From: Eledone cirrhosa
Lineage: Eukaryota
Reading direction: 5' to 3'
Assembly (NCBI GenBank): GCA_964016885.1
Contig: OZ024742.1
Location: 298,406,001-298,470,000 of the forward strand
DNA length: 64,000 nt
Part shown: positions 26,001-40,307 of the stretch, in pieces
How the letters are laid out: each line of letters opens with the position of its first letter
How positions within the stretch are numbered: the stretch's first letter is position 1
Made by a program: the position numbers and the translations under genes
The notes under the pieces: model-generated
What the model saw: the letters and a program-made list of their open reading frames with translations, nothing else
Databases searched by the model: none
What the model was told of the DNA's origin: nothing

Positions 26001-26353
26001 CAATGTGCATTAGCGACCAAGCATAGATGAGTTGAGAAAGAAACTGTGTATAAGAGGGATAAGTTGCGATGTGCGGGAGAGAAGACTGCGTTGGTATGGA
26101 CATGTAATGCGCATGGGGGATGACCGCTGGGTAAAGAAGTGCCAAGAAATCCCAGTAGATAGAAGACGCAGTAGAGGAAGACCACGAAAAACATGGGCGG
26201 AGGTGGTGAGAGCAGACCTCAGATCACTGAAGCTCACAGAGGAGATGATGAAGGACCGTGACAAGTGGAGAGATGATGTGCTGAATAGGACCCATCCCAC
26301 CCTTGCAAGCAGGGAAAAGAGGACATAAAATGATGATGATGATGATGATGATG
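23090..26353 (+). mobile_element. Near full-length RTE LINE family B (APE + RT + PHD), multiply disrupted, short 3' end with (GAT)n
   Basis: LRVATLNVGTL..CCVQEVRW, AGDFKGHVG, SQIDFLL, PQHRLVV, YRGIKL, QFGF, FVDLEKAFDRV, VHQGSVL, CSIC..CTQC..H..C..CSRC, RRLRWYGHV; tail at 26330-26353; internal deletion at about 24765. Confidence 0.95.
23283..23510 (+). repeat. 114-bp (38-codon) in-frame tandem duplication in the RTE N-terminal leader
   Basis: gcgtaaacagcaataac at 23283 and 23397; peptide VNSNN.NHVRAAHGSG.AGAAM occurs twice. Confidence 0.85.
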
Positions 26354-29300
26354 ATATATATATATATATATAATCATCATCGTTTTATATCTGCTCTTAT
26401 TAGCATGTATCATCAACATCAGACAATGTTGGTTTTCCGTGCTAGTAATTACTCAGAGCTAGGCTGGGGGATCATGCCTCACATTCATTTTACAGAGTGT
26501 AGTGGGTGTATTTTATCAAGGCATCATCAATAAGGAAGTTGTGATGTCTTATGTGTGTGTGTGTGTGTGATGATCATGATCTATAATTTAGAAGTTTAAC
26601 AAAAAAAAAAAAAAAGAGATCCATAAACTAAGTACCAGGCTTTAACAAAAAATGTCCAGACATCGATAAAATCAACAAAAATCAAGGCTGAAACCAGTAA
26701 AAAAATAAAAGTGTAAATATTGTAAAGATGAGCAGAATAAAAATGAGATTGCTGACATTAATCTCTATTTGAAATTTAGTTAACTAATGTAATGTAATTT
26801 GACATATAATCATTTAGCATATATTTTCCTTGCTAGCAAGGGTGAGTTAGGTTGTCATAGACCAAGTCAAAACATAATTGGAGCCAACAATGTCTCAGTT
26901 GGGTTGAGGGCTTTTATATATGCTCCCACAATTTACACAGTGCACTATGCATTTTATCATGGCACCAGTATTTGGGAGGTTTTCATGTCTTTGACAAAAC
27001 TGAAACAGTTTCTCTATCCTATCACCAAACACTTGAAAATCCGTGCGTGGATTTTATTGTGTCAGCAATATTAGAAAGGTTGTTGTGAACTTGATACAGC
27101 AGAATATGTAAAATATTTAAAGAATATTGCTTGTCAGATTGTTTTTAATAAAATATAGATAAACAATATATACTTTGTAATTTATGAAATACAAAGGGCA
27201 TGATTATGTGTTTAAGAAGTTCAGTTCACAACCATAAAATATTGAGTTTAATCCCATGACGCATTGGGAAAGTGTCTTTTACTTTAACTCCAGGCTAACT
27301 TAAGGCTTATCCATCTTATGTGTACATGTGTCTGTATGTTTGTCTGTCTATGATCATATGGCTACAACTTGATATCATCTGCCTTCCTCATATCAGTGGT
27401 TGGTGTGGGTCTGTGGAAAGTTTATGGAATATAGGAATATGGGTCTAGAGCTGGTTTAGCAGGAATTATGAGTGCAGGTCTATGGCTGGTGTAATAGTGT
27501 TTTCTGAATGTTTTCTTTATGGGTTAGAATAATCGACGGTTTTATTTGTGTTATATTATTATATCTCTCCAAATTAGCAATTTTCAAAATTATTTGCATG
27601 TCAAAGACATTATCTTTTATCAAAAACATGGTTACAAAAAGGTTAAGAACTAAACTTGTCGTCTCCTACTTTATATTATTATGGTTACTAAAAGGATAAA
27701 ATGAAGAAAGCTAAAAACTAAACAAGTTCTATCCCACTTTACATTATTTCTTATGTCCTGCAGGTTTATCAAACTCTTAGTAGAATAGCACTATAATGAA
27801 AACAAAAATGAATGTATTTTCAAAGCAATTCATTAAAACTTAAATTCTATTGAGTGCCTGAGAAATTCAATTTGTGGTAGTTTATGAAAATACAGGTGTG
27901 AATAAAATCTACCTGCAATTTATTGACTTTCAGTTGGCAATAAATCTTATTTTCTATATTAATATGCAATAGTTATTCTTACACCTGCTAAGAAAAACAA
28001 TTACTATTTATCCTGGAGGTGTTTCAATTGTTCTTGACAGCAGAAACTCAGCAGTATTCAAAATTATGAATGGTTTGACCTTGCATATCTTAAAATAGAA
28101 ATCACTTAAATAAGCTTGATATGCACATATATTTAAATGGTACTGCCACATAACTAACGGGATAGCTGTCCACACAAAGAGTTTTGTCAGCCCTTAAGAA
28201 CAACCCCTTCACCCAAAATGGGCTGCTAGTCATCACTTATGTTATGCCACGTGCCTTCACACACAATATATATAGAGAGAGGAAGGCTTTGTTATTGAAT
28301 GTTTGTATCTATAACTGTCTGTAAGAGGTAACCCTAATGATTTGTACCAGTAAGTGCATCTGGCTGTCAAAACCTGCTTCAAAATGGATCGCATGCCATG
28401 AGGCTTATCAGAATAACCCCTGCTTTAACAGAAAAAAAGGACGAAAAATGGTGTTCTTGTGTTGTTTAATTATGTTAATGTGGCTTCTGTTGTTATTTCC
28501 TATTCAGTCATAATAGAAATTTGGAAGATTTACAAAACAACGTATACATTTTTTTTTTCAAATCCTTTAGAAGTTAATGTTTGACTTTTAAGTGGAAAAT
28601 TTGTTTTCCAACAAACGTTATTTTGATTGTTATCATAACATATGCAGTATTTGTTATGCCACACGCACACACACACAGTGAAATTTATGAATATTGTTTT
28701 CTTTGTTGCTTGATTCATGAATTGATCTTTATCATATACTCAATTTGGATACAACACAGCAATAATAACAGTTTGAAAAAGTCAATAAAATAGAAAACAT
28801 TTCAAATATATTTGATGCTTTGATAAAAAGCTATTCATTCATCAATTTAAACCAATTTCCTTAGTCTCAAAATGTTTCTATTATCAAGATCAAAGAAAAA
28901 AAATTGCAGTGAAATAGCTTGATTTGAAAACATTTCAATGCAAATATGTATAAATTACATATGTTCCCTCACTCTCTGCAGTGGGGTGCCACTATAAGAG
29001 GAACATATCACGAAGCCAGAAATATATTGAGTTTGAACAAATAGATTACATTAATAAGTATGGATATTGTGTAACCATTATCATTACTGCTTGAGTCAGA
29101 TATAATGGTTGGCACCAGAAAGGGCATCTGGCCATAAAACATTGCTTCAAAAATTACTGTGATAAGCATAAATACTTTTATGAGACCCACAAGGCTAACA
29201 TCTGCTTTATCAAAGAAAATATCTTTAAAACACCAGCAGATGCATTATCATTTTACATCCATTTTCTAAGCCAGCATGGGCTGAATGGGCTGTCATAGTT

Positions 29301-29364
29301 TGAAATAGTTCTTATTTGAAGTTACTGCTCTCCTAGATTGGTTGGAGAAACACATCTTGCTCGC

Positions 29365-29682
29365 ATCATCATCATTTAACGTCCATTTTCCATGCTTGCA
29401 TGGGTTAGATGTGTGTCCTATTACAGGCATGTTAGGTCGAGTAACCATGTCTTGCTCATATAGAACTGTTTCTAGATTTCTATGGTTGGATGCCCATCCT
29501 AATGCCAACCACATTTACAGTGTGTGCTGGGTGCTTTTTGTTGTGACTCCCTCCTACATGACCACTTTACAGTATGGGCTGGGTGCTTTTAGTCATGACA
29601 CCTACACAACCACCTCAAAGCGTGGGCTGGGTGCTTTTTATCATGACACCTACACACCCACTGTACAGTGTAGGCTGGATGT
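29365..29682 (-). mobile_element. Non-autonomous bipartite RTE derivative / SINE tail
   Basis: (cat)n ttaacgtccattttccatgcttgcatggg ... ggatgcccatcctaatgccaaccac, plus ~48-bp ctgggtgcttttt repeats. Confidence 0.7.
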
Positions 29683-30529
29683 TTTAATATTTGTGTATTA
29701 TATGAAATCTATATTACAGAATTCTAACATAGTTCTTTTTTTCTATGTAAATCTGGTTTTGAATAGCTATACTATATTCTTGCATGTTGTAAATGGTGAC
29801 TGAAAGTGTTGGCCCCACGAAGGACATCTAGTTATAAAACATTTCTTCAAAAAATGCCCAAATGACATTGTATATCACAATACCACTCTTACAACTCCAC
29901 CAGAAATTCAGAGCCCTTCAACATGCTTCTATACTAAATTTAACAATATAATTTAATATAAAATCAATATATATATATATATAACAGCTATAATTCAATC
30001 AATGACAGGAGACTTTAACACATTTACAGAGTAGCAAAAGTCATTTTGGATTAATGATATGTAAGATATACAAAACTATTCAGGATAATGTTCAACTCAT
30101 CAATTTCAATAATTGCATTTGGGATAATAATAAAAGGGGTTAATGAGTACATCTAGAGAAATTTAAAGATAATTAGTAAAATTATAGAAATAAAGACAAA
30201 TTAACTTTCAATAAAATTTCTCAAGTATTACAATGGTTTCACCATTTTCAGTGATAATACTATGACAAGGGAACTGCAACATTGAAGAAATACAGGATTA
30301 AAAAGTAGACGTTTCTTAGTTCAATATCAACCCTGGTCAAGCAGACCTATGATTAAAGCTATTCTCATCATCACCATCCCATGTTTTAGGGGGCATGACC
30401 CACATTTTCATGCTGAATCTCCCTGAGAATTAACTATTTATATTTCTAATTAACTATTTATATTTCTAATGAAAGACACAGCCAATGATTTTCAAATAAT
30501 TTTGAAAATATCTAGAATTTGAAAGGATT

Positions 30530-30885
30530 TCATCATCATCACTTCATTTTCCATGCTTGCATGGTTAGACAGGTCGTGCATGTTATGCGACGAGTCTGGC
30601 CAGCTGGCCACACCATACCTTGCTCAAATGGAATGGTATTTTGGGTGGGCTTTTACAGCTGGATGCCCTTCCTAACACCAATCACATTTACAGTGTGGAA
30701 CTAGGTGGCACCGTTATGAGGAGGGTCTGGACAGTTGGCCATGCCTTACCCTGCTCATAACAGAACCGTAATTTGGGCGCTAGGTGGTCGCATTGTGAGG
30801 AACGTCTGGCCATTTGACCATGCCATGCTTTTCTCATAGTGGGGCCATGTTACTGGGTGGTCCTGTTATGGGACAAGTCTGGCCA
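30530..30885 (-). mobile_element. Non-autonomous bipartite RTE derivative
   Basis: catcatcatc..ttccatgcttgcatgg..cagctggatgcccttcctaacacc; related to 38405-38765. Confidence 0.65.
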
Positions 30886-31429
30886 ATAATATAAATAACT
30901 TTCTCATTATTAAATGTTCTGACACAAAATTATGACAGGACTTTTTAACATAGAGCCAGTGGCAGTCTCAAGTGGTTTGGTATTAAAAGGGATAATGATA
31001 TATATCTCTATGGAATATTCAGGCATAAACATTGACTTCATAAGCAGGTTGTTACATTCATTGATGAACTGAAACATTCTTCATTAAAAATGATCGAGGG
31101 TTCATTCCCATTATGTACTTAAATGTAACACATAAAAAAATAGCTAAAACTTGAAGCTGGGGTACATGCCCCACTTCAAATCCATAAGCCCATAAATGTC
31201 TCACCTAGACCTACCTAAATTCTGGTCTGGTTATGTGTAATATTATCATCACAATTATAGTCCCCATTTTAACAAATATTTCTTTCACAATGATATGATT
31301 TCATATATACGCTTCTGATATCCTGTTATCTCATGAAATACAACCTAATCAGCTCTGAAATAAGTACCTGTAGTGTCATATATTAGTCAAAACAATTATA
31401 TATTTCTGGCTAATTCATTCTCACCTTTG

Positions 31430-32915
<1,486 letters not shown>

Positions 32916-34058
32916 ATATATATACGGGGTAACAAATAATAGTTATATGCAGTCCACTTAGGTGTAGTCCAGTTATGGTATTCCGGGTAGTGGATGATAT
33001 TAACGCTTGGCTAAGTTTGACTCAACAAGGCGTTGTCATAGTGATGCTGCAATTCCTATGTTGTAAACACTTGGAGTAATAATAAATCAGGAAAGAAGAG
33101 TGACACGGTTTGCTATACAAAAAAGGTTTTTAATCTCATTGCTGACAATTGTTTCTCTGAACTATCTTGAACCGCTTGTTTTCGCGTTACTCGATCGCCA
33201 ATACAAAATTATAACCAGTCAGTTCATCGGAGCTTGCGAGAATGAAGAGAATATACAGGCATGAAAGGAATATACAGGCTACTATATGTAGTAGTAATGG
33301 CATTCAGTTAGAACAATAACAACAATATCAACAATGCTAGCAATAAAATATTTGAAGTAATCACAACATCAATCTAGGTGGGGGATATAGTATATCTATG
33401 ATTTTAGCGTGTAAAACTAGCTGACATCAAGCAGATGTATAAAATTGACATGTAAAGACTGTCGTAGGGTGTATTATATCAAGTGTAAAGATAAGCCGGT
33501 GTTTTTAAACAATGTAGGTCAGGTGGCCGTAATAGTCGGTTTTTATCTGACCGATGAAGTATTTATCACTGTAGTAGAATTTGTGTGGTCTATATTAGAT
33601 GAGAGATCTGTCTATCTTTTCCATCCTCAATAACATACATGTATAAGACAACGCTAACAAAGCTAAATAATGGGCAAGTTAATACAGAGGTTAAGGAAGT
33701 AATATATATATATACACATATATATACACACACATGCACACAAACATATACATACACATCCACACGCACTCATACAAACACATACATACATACAAAGAGA
33801 AAACATGCTGACTATAATTATAGCAAGAGGAAGGAAGGTAAAGTTCCATTGTAGTAGTATTTTGAAATGTTCTTGGATTTAGGATCAAGCGATGACTGCA
33901 GCTGAGAAGAGATAAGTTTATGGGTTGATGAGGTACTTACAGATATTTGTGTGGTATAGAACTAAGAAGGCTAGAATGTACTTAATGAATATATTTCTGT
34001 TGTGATTCGTGCAGAGTAGTGGGTATCCTGGTTGGAAGCTATGCTACGTCGGTTCGAT

Positions 34059-34649
34059 TCATGGAGGTTTAAATCTTATGAATTTAGTGGCAATTCTATG
34101 TCTGCAGAAGATAGATCTTTCTAACTTGTTGTTAAGTAGCCTTTTTACATTTTTAAGGATATACAGTAGTTCTAAATCACATAGCCCACAGTGGGACATA
34201 CCTGTACTGTAGGTTTTAGCAGCCGACAACCTCGACCAGTTGATACTGTAGCTAGTGTTGTTGTCCTTCAGTTCCCATATTTTTTTGGCGAGGGCTGTAG
34301 AGCCCATAAGTGCACGATTTTTCATCGAGTGCCTGTGCACATACCATCTTTTTTTAAAAGAACCCGCAGTGGATCCAATGTAATGCCAGGCGGAGTTGTC
34401 TGAGTTGCCCGTACACATGTACACTAGACTTGAATCAAGACATCTATTCGCCAATGGGCACCTATCTGGTAGGTGACAGTTACAGTTTGAGGTGTTATTT
34501 CGTGCAGCTTCTACACTGCTGTTTAGTACTCTGCTATAAGTGGGTTGTGATTCATGCCCGTTGGGGTTTTGCTGCTGCACGTTTGTATGTGCTTGCGGTT
34601 GTGATACTGTGATGTGTTTATGCTTATAATTTGGTGCTATGTTGCGCAT
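34059..34649 (-). CDS. GIY-YIG endonuclease domain of the PLE
   Basis: CNC..CP..C, LVY...HYIG, FKKRWYVH, TALAKKIWELK, CGLCDLE, LLN..E..CRHR..KPP. Confidence 0.9.
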   Translation of the reverse strand: MRNIAPNYKHKHITVSQPQAHTNVQQQNPNGHESQPTYSRVLNSSVEAARNNTSNCNCHLPDRCPLANRCLDSSLVYMCTGNSDNSAWHYIGSTAGSFKKRWYVHRHSMKNRALMGSTALAKKIWELKDNNTSYSINWSRLSAAKTYSTGMSHCGLCDLELLYILKNVKRLLNNKLERSIFCRHRIATKFIRFKPP

Positions 34650-34661
34650 AGGTGGGGCTGA

Positions 34662-36086
34662 TTACCTAGAGATATTTCTGTGGTTGATCTTGCGTATGTG
34701 CGATTCTATATTTGCATTTGCTGCCGTAGAGTATGAGAGTTTTATAGTATTTCTATTGAGTATTTTATGATATCTATGTGAAATAAGGAAGTATTTATCT
34801 ATTAGTTTGAAGAATGTAGAAGGCAGTCTGGTTTTTACAGAGGAGTTGAAGATTGGGTTGAACCATTGGTATTTTCTTTCTCTGATTCTTCTATTGTTTC
34901 TTGGGTTTACGTTATTAGTGTTTTGACCGTTCACTCTAGGTGCTACGTACCTAACCCTATGTCTAGTCCAATTACTTCTATTTCTGTGTGAGCGGTTGGT
35001 ATAGTTGCTATTAGGATTGTTTACATTGTCTTTATTCGCTATATACTGCAGTTTATCTTTATGTCCGGCCCTACGTAATGCTGCGTTATAATAGTTAGCA
35101 TGTTCGTTAAAGATTTCTAGGTTTGAGGATAAGCGGGATATTCGAAGGGATATACTACGTGCTATGGATCTGATTATTGATTTGGGGTGGTTTGAGTTAT
35201 AACTAATGTAGACCAGATTTTCATTATTTTTGTGGAAAGGTTCCATTAATCCCGTATTTAGATTTAGAGTCACATCTAGAAAGTTTACCTTCTTATGGTT
35301 CAGTTCATAGGTAATACTTAGGCCTAGTTTTTTGAAGAATGTTCTAATGTTTTTTCTTAATCTTTCCATGCTCTGGTTGTTTAAGTTCTTAGCTATAAGT
35401 AGCGTGTCGTCTCTATAAATCCCTCCTTGGAGGTTACTGAATTCCTTATGTAGGTTGTGTGCTATGAATAGCCCCACAATGTCTGTGATTTGCGCAGAGT
35501 CATTTGATCCCATTGTTATATCGAAGCTGTTTATCCTATCTCTTCTTACCCAGTAGCTATTTTCAAATTTTATGATAGTCCTTCTAGCCGCTATTATTAT
35601 TTCAATTTCCTCAGGGGTAAGATCTGAGTTATTTTGGGCAAATATAAGCACTTTATCTAGGGTGGCTGTGGATATGGATGCAAAGTAGTCGTCTATATCA
35701 AATTGTATGAAGTTACACGTCTCCCTATTTTGTATTTTATTGAACCATTCAATCGCCTCGTTAGTATTACCCCATAAATTGATTTCTAGTTTACCCTTTG
35801 TTTGTGTGATTACCCTATCTAGAATGTTCTTGCTAATTTTGCCTATGTCTGACTTGGATGGACATATTAATCTAATGGTAGGGTTTGTTTCAAAATTATT
35901 TTTGTGATCCTTCAGGTTAAATGTTGGGTTGCACGGGGTTAGAGGCTCGGTCCTATCGTGAATTCCGAGTTTATTTACTATCCTGAGGCCCTCCACGTTA
36001 ATGCTGGTGAGTGTAGATTCATTTGTTTTTTTGTATTTTTTATGTAGTTCACGCTGGATAAAGTTATTGTATGTGTTAAGGTCCAT
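34662..36086 (-). CDS. PLE reverse transcriptase
   Basis: Upstream KADKT; KDHK, PTIRLI, QFDIDDYFASI, ITMGSNDSAQ, GIYRDD, NFLDVTL, YISYNSNHP. Separated from the GIY-YIG by one in-frame TAA. Confidence 0.9.
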   Translation of the reverse strand: MDLNTYNNFIQRELHKKYKKTNESTLTSINVEGLRIVNKLGIHDRTEPLTPCNPTFNLKDHKNNFETNPTIRLICPSKSDIGKISKNILDRVITQTKGKLEINLWGNTNEAIEWFNKIQNRETCNFIQFDIDDYFASISTATLDKVLIFAQNNSDLTPEEIEIIIAARRTIIKFENSYWVRRDRINSFDITMGSNDSAQITDIVGLFIAHNLHKEFSNLQGGIYRDDTLLIAKNLNNQSMERLRKNIRTFFKKLGLSITYELNHKKVNFLDVTLNLNTGLMEPFHKNNENLVYISYNSNHPKSIIRSIARSISLRISRLSSNLEIFNEHANYYNAALRRAGHKDKLQYIANKDNVNNPNSNYTNRSHRNRSNWTRHRVRYVAPRVNGQNTNNVNPRNNRRIRERKYQWFNPIFNSSVKTRLPSTFFKLIDKYFLISHRYHKILNRNTIKLSYSTAANANIESHIRKINHRNISR

Positions 36087-36261
36087 AGAGTATATGTTTG
36101 ATGTTTTGTCTGCTTTTACTATGATACCGTTAGTGTCTTTTAGTTTTTTTAGTAGTGTATTTATGTCTTTGTTGATATTGTTGTTATTGTTCTAACTGAA
36201 TGCCATTACTACTACATATAGTAGCCTGCATATTCCTTTCATGCCTGTATATTCTCTTCAT

Positions 36262-36382
36262 TCTCGCAAGCTCCGATGAACTGACTGGTTATAATTTTGT
36301 ATTGGCGATCGAGTAACGCGAAAACAAGCGGATAGCGATCTCTAGACCTACCAGTTCAGAGAAACAATTGTCAGCAATGAGA
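36262..36382 (+). ncRNA. Hammerhead-like motif in the pLTR (mirror copy about 33133-33241, minus)
   Basis: tctc..gct CCGATGA ctgactggt...accagttcag GAAA caattg TC agc..gaga. U4C core variant and an A-A mismatch at the base of stem II. Confidence 0.6.
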
Positions 36383-36499
36383 TTAAAAACCTTTTTTGTA
36401 TAGCAAACCGTGTCACTCTTCTTTCCTGATTTATATATATATATGAGGAGATAGGTCTAAGGCTCCTATTGTTAACATATACAAAAGAACTTCCATGCA

Positions 36500-36645
36500 A
36501 TGCAACTTCAATGGTAACATGTTTTTTCAAACCTGAAATATAGTGACCTTATCAAGAACACAGAGTATAGTCTGATCTGGGAATTGAACTCATAACTTTA
36601 CGATCATGAACCCAACACCCTAACCACTGAACCACATGCCTTCAC
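36500..36645 (-). mobile_element. Degraded tRNA-SINE head (CORE-like)
   Basis: Minus: gaaggcatgtggttcagtggttagggtg...gagttcaattccc...cttgataaggtcact. Confidence 0.6.
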
Positions 36646-37499
36646 ATCTCTAATGAAATACATTTACTTTTATAGACTAAGACTACTTTACTGATTGCCA
36701 TTTTAATAATCGGACTAACTAGCTGAAACAGAGAAAACCAAATGATTGACATATGGAATTTCTGCAGTGAGAATGAAGCATTCTCCACAGATTTTCCAAC
36801 TGGAGATACAGGTTACTTAGGTCTCTTAGACAAATGTAACTAAGGCTATACAAAACAAAATAGTAATTAACTATTACATACAGTTCTTATGCCCAACTTT
36901 CATTAAATGAATGTTCATATCATTACAGTTCTCTCTTTTATAAACAGCTTTCACTGACTTCAATTCACACATGATGTATTGCTTTACTTGAACTCTGTTC
37001 ACTTTTAGTCAACTTAATTCCCTAAGGGCATGTTTTAAATCATAAATTCAACTCAAGTGTTTTTCATCTTATCCATTATTTAAAAACAATATAGTTTCTT
37101 TGTCATATCCATCATTAATAAATAATACAAACAATTCTTTAGGGTTTTATGAAGATTGCATTTTAAACTTTACTATGTAAATTCTTGTATTTGTGTCATC
37201 ACTCATCTAGAATGAGTTGAGTTGATCCCAGCCAGTGAATCCATAGCATTACAAACAGAAAATTGACCCTACTCAGAGATCACAGACAATGGACACAATG
37301 CTAAGCAAAACAAAAACAATATTGATTCAAGATCTGACAGGATCTTACTACTTCATGTTTTCAGTTGCTTGCCTTGCAGTTTACACCATCTCTGGCATGA
37401 CTCAGATTCCTCGCAATATCAGTGAATAATTGAATTATAGAGTTCTAGTAGTCTCTAATTATATCCAACAGTGTCATAGGCAACATATCTGCAGTCATT

Positions 37500-38270
37500 A
37501 TATCCCAGAAAGCTGCTGTGAAATTCACAAAGTAAGTACTTGTTTGCTGTTGGTATTTCCAGTGTAGTTCTGAAAATCATGAGATCACCGAAATATGATA
37601 TTGCAAAGCTAAAATAAAGTGAGACCACCATGTGCTTCCAACTCAACAGTGAAACTGGTTCAGTTCTTTAAATATACTACAACTAACTGAATCCATGGTT
37701 GGAAATGAGTGGCACAATTACATAACATTTTTTGCCAGAAACAACAGCTCCAGAATGAATGTTTATCAAGTGTAATAAAAAAAAGATTGGATATTGGGCT
37801 TAATAATAGAACTTATTGAAAAGTATAATTATGCTCGAAATAGTGGTGCCACTAACTCAAGTGTTGCCATTGGTTACTGACTGCTCAGAAGACAAAGAAC
37901 TCATCCAAATTGTGCTGATCACAATGACTAGCATACCATTGCTCTTGACATGGAGCAAACAGCTTCTATCTGAGACTGAAGCAGCTTTTAAAGTCAACCA
38001 CAAAGGGGTGTCCATTAGAGAAATCACTCTTTGAAACTCAAGGCACAATTACTTCTAAACTAGATGATTATCTCATCATGGTTTGACCATTTTGTAAACC
38101 TACTCAACTAGGATCTGCTTACTAACCATTCGTTCACAGACTCCACAATCTTATACATGCAATCCAGATGCACCACGCATCCAAGAGGTTAGTGAAATTA
38201 TTCACAAACAGAAGGACATCTATGCTTTGAGAGATGATGGCTGCCTTTCAAGATCTTCACACATGGTTTG
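37500..38270 (+). pseudogene. Ancient LINE relic (endonuclease-RT linker)
   Basis: Frameshifted WFDHFVNLLN ... PDAPRIQEVSEIIHKQK..ALRDDG resembles the linker preceding RT in APE LINEs. Confidence 0.35.
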
Positions 38271-38404
38271 GCTAAACTGTGAGATCATTACTATCTAAGC
38301 CAAAATCTTTTTCACAATATTGGTGTCACATAGTACTCCTCCCTTTCATCAGAAGACTGACAGGCATGCTCACGGTAACTACTAAAATATCTGTTTCATG
38401 TCAT

Positions 38405-38765
38405 GGCCCCTAAACTGTGGTTCCACTGTAAAAAGAGTTTGGTGTTGCCAACTGGCCTGTCTCTCCCCATAGTGGTGCCAATCAGTTCTGGGCTCCCAAA
38501 TTGTGGTCCTGCTATGTGAAGGGTCTAGCACGGTCGACTGGCCTGTCCCTCCTCATAACGGTGCCATCCAGTCCCACACTGTAAATGTGGTTGGTGTTAG
38601 AAAGGGCATCCAGCTGTAAAAACCCCCATAAAATCTACAGTCTCATCAGAGTAAGGTACAGCATGGTCAATCTTGGCCAGACTTGTCTCTCAATGCGGAC
38701 AATGCATCTGACCCATGTAAGCATGGAATAATGGATGTTAAATGGTGATGATGGTGCTGATGATG
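38405..38765 (+). mobile_element. Non-autonomous bipartite RTE derivative with (GAT)n tail
   Basis: cacactgtaaatgtggttggtgttagaaagggcatccagctg...cccatgtaagcatgga..gatgttaaatggtgatgatg. Confidence 0.7.
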
Positions 38766-40035
38766 AAACATTGCAGCTAAAATATTCACAATCATTCTAC
38801 TATGAAAATTTCAGCATGGATATCATCAAAATATGCAACAAAATCATTGCATATATTTGTAGGTATGCACACATACGTTGATGCACACATACAAACACTC
38901 ATACATACACAGATGAAATTATCCTTAATGTTATTTAAAATGACAAAGTATTTCAAATACTTTTTCCAAGTTTATAAAATATTTTTTAACTATTGCTTTT
39001 GGATTTATATATAAAAATAGAATATATGTTGTTTAACAATAATTTGTCAGAAACTGCAAATAAAAGAAAGAAAATAGCTGCACAGAACATCCCTACACAT
39101 ATGAATAAAAGACAATTTTTAGACCATAATATAAATGCAATATTTTCTTTGTAAGAGAACAGGGAAAACAGTTGTGTAGATTTTAGATATTATTTTTTGT
39201 AAATATGCTCTCTTCTTAAGCAAATACAATGTTCTGTATTAGTATTTGTGATAAATGTAATTCTCTAAACCATTCATTTATTTTGAAATGCAAGACAAGT
39301 TTGGTTTTTGTTGTTAATACAAACATTTCTAATGCTGCTATTATGGTTTAAAATAATATTATATTACACAAAGAATAATATTAGTGAAAGATATCTCTAT
39401 ACATATTATTCTAGAACATCTAGTGAACACTTCATTTTCTATGCAAGTACATTAATTTCTTGATAATGTTACTTATATTACTCCCTAACATCAATGAAAC
39501 TTTATATTCAGTAGATACCAAAAATAACATCCTTCCTTCTTCTACTTCATTATGACATTAGATAATTTAGACAAACATTTACCTACATATTTATCATATC
39601 AGATTCTGTCTAATTTGATAGGTTCATACAAATAAGTTAAAGAAGTGAATGCAAGGGTTGGCATACAATTCATTGTGTTCACTTAATTTATTTCTATTTG
39701 AATTTACTCTGCATATGTCAGTTGTTAAACCTTTTTGTCTACCCATCCCTCTTTCTAACTTTAAATTCTGACAATGAGCTGTAAGAGCCATTGTTAAGTT
39801 ATGCTCCAAACAGCAGCTTAATAATAGGAAGGTTAGTTATATTACTAAATGACTTGAAATTCTTGGTGTCTGTCATTAGAAATATGATAACAAAAGGGGT
39901 AAGTTCATAAAAACAACAACTAGAAATTGGGTTACTCTAAATTCATACACATTTCATACTGAGAAGTCAAAGGAAATCACTTGGTACTCAATGAGATTCC
40001 TCACAAGCTCCACCTGAAAGCTGATTATATATATA

Positions 40036-40112
40036 CAGGGTGTTCCCAAAAAATGTATACACATTTTAACAGCATTCTAATCAAAGTGTGTATACTTTTG
40101 TGGGACACCCTG
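40036..40112. mobile_element. 77-bp Tc1/mariner-type MITE
   Basis: TA|cagggtgttcccaaaaaatgtatacac ... gtgtatacttttgtgggacaccctg|TA. Confidence 0.8.
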
Positions 40113-40136
40113 TATATATATATATATATATATATA

Positions 40137-40273
40137 GTCCAGAATTAGCGTTCGAAACGGCTTGAGCTCAGCCGTCGGGGTCCTACTCGTTCCTATTACC
40201 CACTCAATACTTAGGGTAGTAGAGTACTTTGGTGCGTTATGGTCCATCTGGTTCCTAAACACATTTCCTTCAT

Positions 40274-40274
<1 letters not shown>
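40137..40274 (+). mobile_element. TA-inserted non-coding element with 3' half hammerhead
   Basis: GAAA cggct-tgagctc-agccg TC ggggtc; 3' part matches 58930-59033; TA on both sides. Confidence 0.65.

Positions 40275-40307
<33 letters not shown>

Larger units (their letters stand above)
32926..36431 (-). mobile_element. Penelope-like retroelement, Naiad-type, 5'-truncated with inverted pLTR
   Basis: RT + GIY-YIG on the minus strand; 33084-33334 is the reverse complement of about 36170-36431; both outer ends abut (TA)n. Confidence 0.92.

Noticed and set aside
34059-36086. Selenoprotein-coding Naiad (in-frame UGA plus SECIS)
   Set aside because: The only internal stop is TAA in the linker and the conserved Cys positions are open sense codons; there is no sign of Sec recoding.
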